A stretch of 64,000 nt of DNA, taken from assembly GCA_029263055.1 (NCBI GenBank), contig JAJCYG010000058.1, positions 3,587 to 67,586 on the forward strand. The letters are read 5' to 3'. The notes under the pieces were generated by a model that was not told the DNA's origin, did not search any database, and saw only the letters and a list, made by a program, of their open reading frames with translations. Source of the stretch: Actinomycetes bacterium (GTDB taxonomy: Bacteria > Auribacterota > JAJCYG01). Shown here piece after piece: positions 31,101-39,100 of this stretch. The position numbers were made by a program, and so were the translations under genes. Every line of letters starts with the position of its first letter. The stretch's first letter is position 1.

Positions 31101-33004
31101 GGTGTTTTAACAATCCCACTTCCTAATGCCGGAGCAATTGAAACATTTAGACCCGCAAAAGTAGTGGTTCCCTCTGTATACGGAACACTCTCTTTACCAA
31201 TAGAGATCACATACTGATCTTGACCCAGGTGAAGAATAAAATTGTATCGGTTGTTTTTTAAGTGAGTCACCACTTCAGCACGTACAGGAGCAAAAACATC
31301 TTCAAAGCGAGCCGCACCCACCTGAGGGACTTCGCTTTGCCAACGCAAAACCAAAGTAGCAAATTCTGTTTTTGCTTTGCCGGCCATCTCCCCAAAATAA
31401 TCCTCAATCGTTGCCATTAACTCGTCAACCTCATTAGGAAACACGGTACTTTGAGCTAAAGGTTGAGCGTTTTTTTGAATCCAGCTAGCAACAATAGAAA
31501 CAAACGTGAGTGAATAAATCTCAGCTGAGAACTGTTGGTTTATTGGCAGGCTATTATTTAATTCAAATAGAGTCGCAATAGCCAATCGATTGCCTTGACT
31601 CTCATTTAATCGTTTTAAATAAAGCGCCTGATCAGGAGCCATATTAAATTGAGGTGTGAGCAATAAATGCGATTGCTTTTGTTTCTTTAAATTTTGAATC
31701 AAGCCTTCTGCATGAAAACCACCCGAAATCAACACCACTTGGTAGTTTGGCTTATCTTTCATTAAAGAAAGCGTGTTCTTTAATAACTCTTTGTCCCGTT
31801 TCAGAGCCAATCCATAAAACTGTTTTGCCCAATCAAGACGCTCTTTAGAAAAAGAAGCTTGATGCTCCCAATAAAAACGGAGCTCTTTTCGGCTACATTC
31901 TAGTTGAACCATTTTTTGAGTGATTTGAGACACTTTGGTTTCAAACAATAAGGCGCGAACAGCTTCAGAAGAAGAAAAACGTTGCTCAATTGTCTCTTCC
32001 ATTTGGTTCAACACTTTATCTAACTCTAAAGGAGAGACCTGTTCATGGTCTTTAAGCAACGCAATATACTGCTTTAAATGAGGAAACTTATTCAGGTCAG
32101 AAACCGATTCAGACAATGAGAGATAATACTCTAGCGGAGTTGTAAGACCCTTTTGAAAAGCAATCTGAGAACGCAACAATTTAGAAAAAAGCTCAACATC
32201 TTTTTGAGCACTCTTTAGTAAAGAAGAAACCTCTTTTTTAAGGGATGTGGCATGCACTTGAGCAGCGAGTTGTTCCACACGCCATGCTTGTTCAAACAAA
32301 GAAGGCAAGCTCTGCTTTAAATCATGACGAAACGTGTCAGAAAGAAACGGCGCATAAGAAATAAATGAAAGCGTTCCTTTGTGAAATGCTTCTTTCTTTA
32401 AAACAAACTGATAGTGGTTTTTTGAAAAAAGTTTGGCCCGTTTTTGATCAAGCCTCTTCCACTCTTTGTCTAACTGAGGAAGCAGAACTTTAGCTTTTTC
32501 TTTAGCTTGCAGATAAGCTTCTCTATTTTTTTCATAAAGTTTTTTTGATTCCACTCCATAAAGCAACGTCTTATTTTCAGAAAAAAGAGAAAAATATTCT
32601 CCGGCACTGAGACGGGCTTCTTTTAAATAATGGTCTGCCACTTGTTGTTTGTCTTGCTCATTTGGGATGGCATTGATCAGCACAGGAGAAACCGGGCCTT
32701 GAGCCCCTTCAAGAGCAATTAAAAGCGGTTTGTTAGATTGACGCTCCACTTCATTTAAAATAGAGACTATTTTCTGTTGAGCAGCAATATTGGCATGAGA
32801 GTCAGAAATCAACACAAGAGAGGGGTTACCATACTGATGGGCGGTTTGTACCAGTCCCATCTGAGAAGAAAGGTCAAATTGCTCCACCCAGTTTTCAGAT
32901 AAAACTCCGGCTCGAGGCAATAAAATCTGAGCCGAAACAGCATCTGTCCAAACAAAGACAGAAAGCATGATCAAAGCAATTATTTTTTTAAATCGTTTAT
33001 TCAT
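22127..33004 (-). CDS. Giant protein, ~3625 aa: signal peptide, ChaN/TIKI-like module, degenerate PPP-like metallophosphoesterase, PP2C phosphatase, long helical region
   Basis: ORF track gives 22127..33046; start moved to ATG 33004 (MNKRFKKIIALIMLSVFVWTDAVSAQ), which gives a clean signal peptide. Motifs: ISDSHAN, LEGAQG, SGGFH, LVFLGDS..VLRGNKE, NEDT..LFDGMGG..GGTT..ADSRAY..SSDGIHD..DDKT. Confidence 0.92.
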   Translation of the reverse strand: MNKRFKKIIALIMLSVFVWTDAVSAQILLPRAGVLSENWVEQFDLSSQMGLVQTAHQYGNPSLVLISDSHANIAAQQKIVSILNEVERQSNKPLLIALEGAQGPVSPVLINAIPNEQDKQQVADHYLKEARLSAGEYFSLFSENKTLLYGVESKKLYEKNREAYLQAKEKAKVLLPQLDKEWKRLDQKRAKLFSKNHYQFVLKKEAFHKGTLSFISYAPFLSDTFRHDLKQSLPSLFEQAWRVEQLAAQVHATSLKKEVSSLLKSAQKDVELFSKLLRSQIAFQKGLTTPLEYYLSLSESVSDLNKFPHLKQYIALLKDHEQVSPLELDKVLNQMEETIEQRFSSSEAVRALLFETKVSQITQKMVQLECSRKELRFYWEHQASFSKERLDWAKQFYGLALKRDKELLKNTLSLMKDKPNYQVVLISGGFHAEGLIQNLKKQKQSHLLLTPQFNMAPDQALYLKRLNESQGNRLAIATLFELNNSLPINQQFSAEIYSLTFVSIVASWIQKNAQPLAQSTVFPNEVDELMATIEDYFGEMAGKAKTEFATLVLRWQSEVPQVGAARFEDVFAPVRAEVVTHLKNNRYNFILHLGQDQYVISIGKESVPYTEGTTTFAGLNVSIAPALGSGIVKTPVTLPEQKKGFFSRLKKYSNRPDGVARSFSEMLEFLKTRDPDIADRFEGAYVGAEKRLKERFPWFADIELGEGDPAPLRFIETDGESRFAYINRDTLEIVFDTSLLESTGLAQIELFEELFHFMMEWDRDNNDQSWFSSPDEDLAFEEVLTDFEKIRFYHKALLGDDREDLFKTLEKEGVDLYDFRKLLINSIPFWSKIGSDKPVDPKKLKKFVDKLLAYAGKESENEAPTSYTGRQRSVLQKEGTTGFLRYLFFWHHRYLVRVNGHDNLKTSGTTILSEAAYSRKILRALLLYHFEEEALFELDELVDLFAEKNFSFKQSYLDLLPVEERKQVFWRLESRVNPTSQPGDVALWLQGLSLYEQLEMLSVFPEETLEKISDKELKRFIPTIIKARTGKDKVGSLRAYILYKRDEPLSLEATLSLLKESPFSKEFKISNKVKPKYLEFKDDVETLFVSESSSDFMNSFITDELIQRLKDRTVRLVFLGDSMNGSVIKKKSTGAAYKEGSDLPEGVETYLGLDLVDREDKTTKTVYLDQRLLYQILKLQLLFPSQVFVLRGNKEMAGFMDSKHKNLSSAALPEFIEMAKKGVPRDQKSKLLARFFSRLPFAVRLISAASSERGVVAAPRIGPDKARFVFSPSGLGASLTDITERLKEQRLVALTDLKPDQEGLLKRIRSDRRDTQWSEQTLLLPDRDEPLTENGVTITPEHKAKGGIVYHVEIVAPAVELPKPEPIPAPSLEPAAAPVQQEPVAVAQLEFVPPAVLEPASTPQTISAFTVIGDYHRDQGGVNEDTVFVEELSDGIQYTGLFDGMGGVANGAAASKIARDQFQAVAPFFSLEMIDGQVLALLREAFYAAQKQIDEELSAGGTTLTVAVSIPDPKKREARVFVLSIADSRAYLYNPKSRKNQLQFLTLDNLLPKKEETEKVFTLKEVKASLKGDGNNSQKILSEVDTAEVIEEAGVGWLFKFRNTVNNAMTVFNPKEPYHRSKPIFTVTSAPAGSTLFLSSDGIHDPLTHAEIEAGIATGSLEFVLQQAQARQQDADHVRRKLPDDDKTGVSFKVAPHLVVSDRSWVPSWVPYFGSTPTAEPATSQPFLLLPTEEPVLSEPVSAESEAFVEPVIAETIAPAEASPLPDAVADKPVDQAPLLEAIADPPPTVSASTSDSNTDLQEIIARRQRKNETAPDHGRTRTLERDFAKRFRAAEEDAVRLQDQFEPEDVLDLTSSLSVVTHKIILLEYQEALTLAQKIYSTLSEQNPEYEGLGLLIRDLEDFLNDDVTSASTILVKWEAFAGTFDLEALQKKFLDDKEKGRVSRQEVQELGEFVELLSNLTEKKKAPYKDFYIMLRSTLYLALRHYLPKTVPQIDRLGKGIEKIEVETELHEVEKRVKGLTAWIEKHARLTKGESNELTLQANYLSFLNKLKIKIDERKAWFQWQKKKATLVSGIKYSEAILVRNSFYELRSRAYPWIEQEEQELSGVWSGLFENVVKQSSDLESDLTFLKKRLSEKIAEASGAPLLMWLEEEGLLDEYGSLMSALSQVLGNQSHPKVKPEDKFDAETEKRLVSLAHEIDPLLLTALLGRFESALQDVLKEQTLTFSSQEGDSTEKNLKELINEVAEMDRLFFDENVPEADRISYAKWEHHVSLIWNKIYDEWTQTHEDGLARGEKLIDLAAIIHDNSVAFSGLTLDELDAEQEQDVLEKLMKALFNIVPFMIDREFGRFGIQNGMAGVRRKEFGFSRVITGYLYYALLKSSKPSTENIRDPELNFTAFSIPHILSQIPEGYKYYRSLLDYETEVTSLGVLRVRLGRPSKEARIQQIIKQMEEVQEAYLEETGDVAFHQKTLATTSFFDFVWEPVLTATRFQHIVDELTPAIEPDQVKVLREKVAALKREYREAAETYGVTVSLTQEELEQKRVWLEAQYEDKKAISEDFIQARLANIQSKGKRKQFPQARLDYFDLVLSQQTQGNWSQYSDELNSLFDQEATAETVEEKARLILRGLSGKGKMHQDTGRLSRLKLEVTTLSSDSDASFDDAFDSLTMNQEQDLEEKVSLFDWKILLLLQQLSKLDEIQDYSKRAERFVELRREFIELYDRAQLAESLYEKEVLNSYPSKKFEAKFAAIMDEWDVNASEVTFIDKRAEVDALIKKEREKGRKELADDATEAQIAAKAVRELGFLDVPEMEAYFLEFEQRISAKHKERTQKRKIEPLVGQLLSLVQSRLNGDPNSPTLLDDFSLPYIDLAEDPFEPNWDWDEETLFKDVLNQSLTEDVSREVLLELKLILLEFEPISETVLGEQIAILSEMMIVKRELKLREGIQTQISVPLVAAVESYVQDNSRGEMTEREGLIVEQKNLLNYLVYTYEARYERRMEITGEVRRIRALQKKLDQRELLVPLDFFTIRNAFDEFSGQLANELGQKGLFLNQLELFRSGINLLQEDGQSIASIYEFLTSVVPKLVRKRHLDSSTMGIMKQISTHYTEFLALKKAHELLLYFQEHQTIEGSLFEAADVSRAKTLVSWVIQANNRDGIRSPVDIDSPLFGQLSEQERLLTQAAPDDGSLSLGVVSLPEPTLDLNMDVLWVPTQLDQIELLQWTSVLAQSDLDDSLDLEAVSAKNGLRQSFQLQDKDWVQAQEVLFRIQYQFLYQDADFLDHFLLHLEWSKIQFLITRYFPDTRFPYVDSVEKLLNDSRNDRDMVLTAMKVALQQLKSALSRKDDEAWEQYRQTGTNEYLKEMFRFESRLNQVKKSIVPPQDWKDWVPQERFSEFLKEVVEQLDQLVQDPDQVNQVTSILGSSLDFFVSEEATQWGRIREKWGQFMVVWDSDPEHGMNYLLNIDWKEYQARVALIPYAIELELEMRQTQRNYQSLVPSPEWNVIFDSDLEEILRDAFDGSAQIADVTTDFARLLSEKEEASLIWIPLSKWAQLSAYQKDLANYVVVADSVSPLRLRQYLDRNWEHPAVRQLQVFSIAPKVLFIVDKNSPDAETNLPLIPLVDPFDHAI

Positions 33005-33031
33005 ATTCACGTCCACATCACACAAAAAAGT

Positions 33032-33116
33032 AAAAAAGGGGGCCACGGCACACTTGGCGGGACCGGGACTCTAATTGCTCCACAACCAAAGTGAAAGCCA
33101 ATGACCCTCTTTTTTT
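33032..33116. other. Long imperfect hairpin flanked by A/T tracts (bidirectional terminator/attenuator or small structured RNA)
   Basis: Minus strand AAAAAAAGAGGGUCAU..GUGGCCCCCUUUUUU outer stem, inner GGC/GCC and CACUUUGG/CCAAGUG stems. It fills the GC-rich gap between two giant genes. Confidence 0.55.
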
Positions 33117-33127
33117 AAAGAGTACTA

Positions 33128-36100
33128 CTAAGCTGCTACCCCAAAGTTTTGTTCAGATTGTTGTTCTTGCTGCGCACCTTCTAACATTTCTTCCAACTCA
33201 GAAGGAGCTTGTTCAGGAACCAAGTGTCGAAGCACTTCTTCAATCACCATTTGGTTCATCAACTGATCACCAAAATCACTGTTTGAATATTGCGTCACTT
33301 CAAAAACCATCCAAGCACTTTCTCTAAGAGCTGTTAAGGTTCTTGTTGTTCCTGCATAGATGTTTTCTGTATCTTCTAACTGAGCACTTAAACGATCTGC
33401 ATCATTTTCTGAGCCCACAATAATCGCAACCAATAAGTTTGGCACATCAGCCAATTGATTTTGAATTTGTTCAATCTGCGAAGATTCAAGACCTTCAAGA
33501 TTTAACACCAATAAAGCCTTAGAATTTTTCATTGTCTCTTTAACTAATTCTAATTCTCTATCCAAACGTTGTTCTGTCTTTGCTTTTTCTTCTAAGAAAG
33601 AGCGGACTAAAGCATGCTCACGCTCATCAAGCGACAGCTCCGCTGAAAGAGTCTTAGAATAAGTTTGGTACATTTCATAAAAGCGTTCAAGCTCAGACTG
33701 AGACAAGGTGGTTAAGGTTAATTCGGTATACTCCCCACCCATCAACTTATTAAGGTGACTCAACTTCCATATAAAATTTTTCACTTCAGCTTCTGCAGGC
33801 ATTCTTTCATACGCTGGAGTGAGCTGTTGAACTAAGCGAGGATTTTTTCCCTCTTTTTGAGAACCGACTAAAACACCCTGCAACATTTTCTTAAGTGCTG
33901 CCTTTGGATCGCCTGATTCATAAGCCAACATCGCTTTTAAGTCTAGACCTAAACCTGACTTCATACTGCGTTGGCCTGATTTTTCCGCTTTTTCAGTTTC
34001 TGATTTTTTAATTATTGCTTGCGCACGTTTTAATTGTTTTTGAAGCTCATCATTTTTCTTTTGGTGCAGCTCTTTACTAAATGTGTTGAGCAAAAACTTA
34101 ATGGTTGATACGACTGCTCGAGCCGCATTTACTTGAGCTTCTCCAGTGGTCTTATCCATAGCCTGTAACTGTCTCACTCGTTTGACAGAAGCTAAGGCAA
34201 AAATTTCAATTCGCATGTCTGGATTTTCTTGGACCAATGTTTTCAAACCTTCTGAGCTTTCACTGTTCATGGCTTCGCCAAACTGATTTTGGAAAATTCT
34301 TGCTGCTTCTTTAGAATCTGTTGCCACTTTTGAAAAACCATCTTTCAAAGCAGTCCGCTCTTGACCCCGTTTGTTGGGCTGAGGTTTTGCTGCTGGTTTA
34401 GTTGTTGGAGGTTCAACTCGATCCACCTTTGCAGGAACATCTTTTTTCGGTTTACCCACTGGTTTAGTTGTTGGTTTTGTGCCTGGTTTTGGATCTGCTG
34501 CAGATTTTTTCTCAGCCTGAGCTGGTTTACCTGCCCCTTTATTTCCTGAAGGCGGATCTGCTTGCTTATCTAAAGCAGCTAATTCAGCTTCAACTTGAGC
34601 AGGTGTCAACACAATGGTCACCCGACGCAAGTCAGAAAGATTATCCACAACCACATCTCTTGAATGAGTCGATGAGACAATCAAAACAATTCGATTTCTT
34701 CCACTTCTATTAACGGTATCAGCTAATGCACGAAAGCGTGGAACCAAACGCTCGATTTTTGCCATTAAACCAGCAGCTTGTAAACGTTGAAGCTCTGCCT
34801 CAGGCACATTCGTACGAAGCTCAATTCCACGTGGCGCTGTGGCTGAACCTGCACCCCGTTGATGTTGGTAACGTTCATTAAAGGCTTCAACAGAATTAAC
34901 TGATTGAACAGCTGGTAATGCAGCCACTTGTTCTTGAACCCAACCATCTGTCACATCAATATAAGTACGAACTATATCTGCGACCGCACGCACATTTGGA
35001 GTCACTGTCGCGTCCCCTTTGATCACACGAACAATAACCACACTATTTGGATGCAGTGAATTTTGAGCAGCCAATTCTCGTAAACGAGGAACCAAACGCT
35101 GAAGGCCATCGACAAAATTATTTGGTCCAACCATTTGATGGGCCACAGCCACATCTCGATCAACCCGTAAGTTAATGCCCCGTTCTCCAACAACTTGTCT
35201 TGAAGCATCTCGTTGATGACGGTTACGCTGATTAAAGGCTGCGATCGTATCTCGACCGAGTTGAATTCGGCTTAATGACATCAAATGATCCACAGGTAAA
35301 ACCATTTCAATACGGCCACTTGGAGCCACACGAAACTCAACAGGATCATCTGCATTGCCTGGGACAATGCGAATTTGGATTGGATTATTTTCATCGATTT
35401 GTTGTAATCGGAACCACTCTCTTGTTTCTTCTAATAGCCGTTCTTTTGTGATTTCTATTTGATTGACAACACCTGAATCACTTGAAATGTCATATTGATC
35501 CACCACATCTGGCTCAACTAAAAGAGTAAAATTAGGATCTATTTGATTAAACAGTTGAACAGCCATTAAATCACTCACTAGGCTTTGAGCATCTTCGACA
35601 AAACGGGTCACGCTTTGTTGAAAAGCAAGGTGAGTCACTTGAGCCATTAATATTTCACGGCCATTTTGTTCTAAACGTGGCAGCAACTGCTCTTCTCCTC
35701 GAGGAACCACTAAGCCTGTTACATTGCGAGCCTCGAAATCTTCGATCAATCGAATCAAGCCAGCTAAAACAGAGTGCTCTCTTTTTTGATCGAGCGAATC
35801 TAATTCAATCAACCGCTCAACTAGTTCAGAGTCATCTAAATGAAGCGTTCCTGTAAGCTCTCCAGGATAACGGCTTGAAATTTCTTGAGCCACTTCTAAT
35901 AAAATAGTGTGGTTCATAAATTCTCTTAAAGAAAGTTTTGGATATCCCACCACAAAACTTGCTTCTTGAAAAAGGCGCATGGCTTCAGCAAACTGTTGGT
36001 CAAAAGTAGCAGCTGGATTCGCTGTTGACCATTCTCGGTAAAGAGGCGCAATCATGCTTTCCAAGCTAGGTGAAGCTTGGCCATCAACCCGTTCTGTTTT

Positions 36101-39100
36101 CAATTCTTGCAACTGAGGCACCAAGCCCATTCGCAATATTTCAGTATAGCGAGTGGCAAACTGTTGTGCGGCTTCCGGAGTGGTACCACGGCCGTGCAAA
36201 CGACGTGCAGAATCAAGCTGCGTGGTTCCAATCAAATCATTGAGTAAAACCACTTTTGGAAAAGCAGTTGGATGGGTTCTCATTAATTGAGCCATCTGAC
36301 TTGCATCTGTTAAGACAATCAAGTGTGCGTTTTCAATTGAGGCACTGGAAACAGCAATACCTGCTGGATTTTGCGCTGCCACACCAAGTCGGCCCATCAA
36401 AGCCGTTTCATCTGCACTATGACTTAAGCTACGACCCGTAAGTGTTATTCCATTTACAGTCACCCAATCATTCAAATGACTGCGCGTTAATTCCTGTTCT
36501 AATAACCCTTCAGTAAGCGTTCCTGTAATCGACTTGTCGCCGTAAACAACGACAACATTGACCCCGTTTTGGATATCTGTTGGAACCAAACTCCATAATT
36601 TTTGAAGAGGTAAAGCACGCAAATGTTCTTGAGTGAGATCAAGTTGTAATCGAATTAAAGCATCTTCTGCTTCAACCATATTTTGCATTACATGAGGAGC
36701 TAATGTTTCATTGCTTTGACGATAACGGCTATAAGCATCGACTAATTCAGCCAACGAGGTATTGCTTGTGGTAAAACCAAGTCGTTGTAATAAGTTGCGC
36801 AAAGTAGTCAAACTACCCAAACGACGTTGGCGATAAGACTCCATGTCACGCACCAATCTCAAGTTTAGAGTAAGTGGATCGCGTGTGGTGACACCTGCAC
36901 TCAAAAAGACTTTAACTCGGTTTAAGGCATGTTCCACATCACGGTTTTGACTGCTTGGATTTTGTCTGACAGCCTCAATATAAGCTGTGGTGGCACGAAT
37001 CAAAGCCTCATCTAAAGGATAGTCTACCGGCGTGGCATCTGCAGCCAAATTCCCATTAGCAATTAAAGCTGTTCTTAAATGTTGAAAGCGTGTTTGCATT
37101 AAACCGGTTCTTAAAATACGCAACACATTGGCTGAACGAGCCATTCTATTGGCTTCTGAATCAACGTTAGCCAAGACAGCCCATCTTGCCAAGCTTAACC
37201 CTTGGATCTGAACACCATTTAAACGAGTTTGCAAAGAACTCAATGCTGGCTCAAGCTCTGCGCGAATAGCTGCATCAATATTTGCAGGTAAATTCACTTC
37301 CACACCTGTTACTGCGTGAGTCACAGGATCAACAGTCAAACGAAGACTCAACTGAATTTGGACTAAGCCATCAGAAAGAGACATCCAATTAGGGATGTTT
37401 CCTGTTTGATCACGCAAGTCACGCGCATATTGAAAAATATTTTCTTGAAATTGTGAGCTTGCAAATTGATCGATACTTGGTGCTTTAGTTAGATTCAGCA
37501 CTAATTCAACCTGAGTTACCTCACCTGCAGTATTAGCAGTCATTGGTTTCAATTCTAATTGAGTGTTGGCTGTACTAAAAGAAGTGTTGGCAAAAACATG
37601 GTTCACATTTTCTCGAACCACTTGAGTCACCTCTGCACGACCCCGGTTTGTTTGAACCGAAGGCAATGGAGCGGTTGCTGAAGTAGCAAGGTTAACTCCA
37701 TTTAAAAATAAAGAAGCTAATGCCGAAGAACCAATGTGCAAACGACGCGCGCTACGGTGTGTTAATGGGTCTTCAGCCAACACTTCAGGAATCCCTTGTC
37801 CACCCAAAGAAGCTTGTCGTGAAGCAGCGGTTAAAAACTCTTGAGCTTCTGCTGCTTTTTCAGGAGTCAACAATTGATAAGCACGTAAGAAAAAGTAATA
37901 ATTCAAAGTGTCTTGAGTTGAAACCACACGCGTTCCATACCCAGCCACATTCCAATGAATCAACCCAGCTTCATCAAGCCTTTCTAAATAAGCTGTTTTA
38001 TCCCCTTGAACATCAGCCAACAATCGGGTCACCACTTCTCGGTCACCTGCATAAGAACCAAGGCTACGTAAGCGCCCTTCTTCTAAAGACAACCCTTCAA
38101 AACGAGCATCATATTGAGAAACCAAACGACGTGTTTCAATAATACGACGCGCTTGTTGCACCATTCGAGTTAAATCAGCTTCTGTTAAACTAGATCCCCA
38201 AGCCGCGTTCACTTGTCTTAATCCAAGCGTACGAATCAACATAAAGGTATGGGTAATGGTTTCAATAGAAGCAGTGCTTTTGATTTGAAAATTATTTTCA
38301 AAAACAGCATTCTTTAAATTAACTAAGGCAATATTTGAAGCAGGTAATGCTTGAGCTCCCACAGTTCCTGGAGCCCCTCTAAACCAAGTCATCATTTCAA
38401 CCAATTTAGTCCGCACAGCAGGATTGGTTGAAACCGCTTCAGTCACCATGAGTCGTTCTAAAGAAGCCATAAAATCAGTCATTGGCAATCTTTGAATACG
38501 AGGCTGTCCTAACAATTGATGTGCAGATCTTAATGCTTGAATACGAGCCGCCTCTGAAGCAGCGTCTACAGTCGCTCCAGAAGTGACTTGGCTCAATTGA
38601 TGCGTTAAATAATAAATATAAGGAAGGGAACGTGTATCTCCTATTTGGCTCACCATAAAGACAAGAGCTTCCAATAACTCACTGTTTGATTTTACACTTT
38701 GAACATATTGGCCATTCAAACGAATCGCATCTGTACTTTGCAAATCATACACAGAGTTAAAGAGATTAAACTCACCTGTCTCTTTGACATCCATTAAAAA
38801 GCGATAGGCTAAAAAGTTTGAATAAGAACGAGCATGTTCAAATTGACCTTCACGCACTTTCCACTGAATCATTTGAGCCACATCAGATAAGTAAACATAT
38901 GGATCACCCTCAAAAGAACGTGGCAAGGCAATTTGTTGTCCATTAAATTCCCGACGAATATAAGGGTCATTTAAAACAACATAGTTTAAAGGAACATGTT
39001 TATTGTTTAAAAAACGATCATAATCAGCTTCAACAACTGGACGATTCGGTTGATCCAACCGTTCATTAACCTGATTCATTTTTCCTAATAAGTTTCGATA

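Noticed and set aside
33032-33116. SRP RNA, tRNA or 6S RNA
   Set aside because: Lacks the SRP domain IV motif and cloverleaf, and is too short for 6S.
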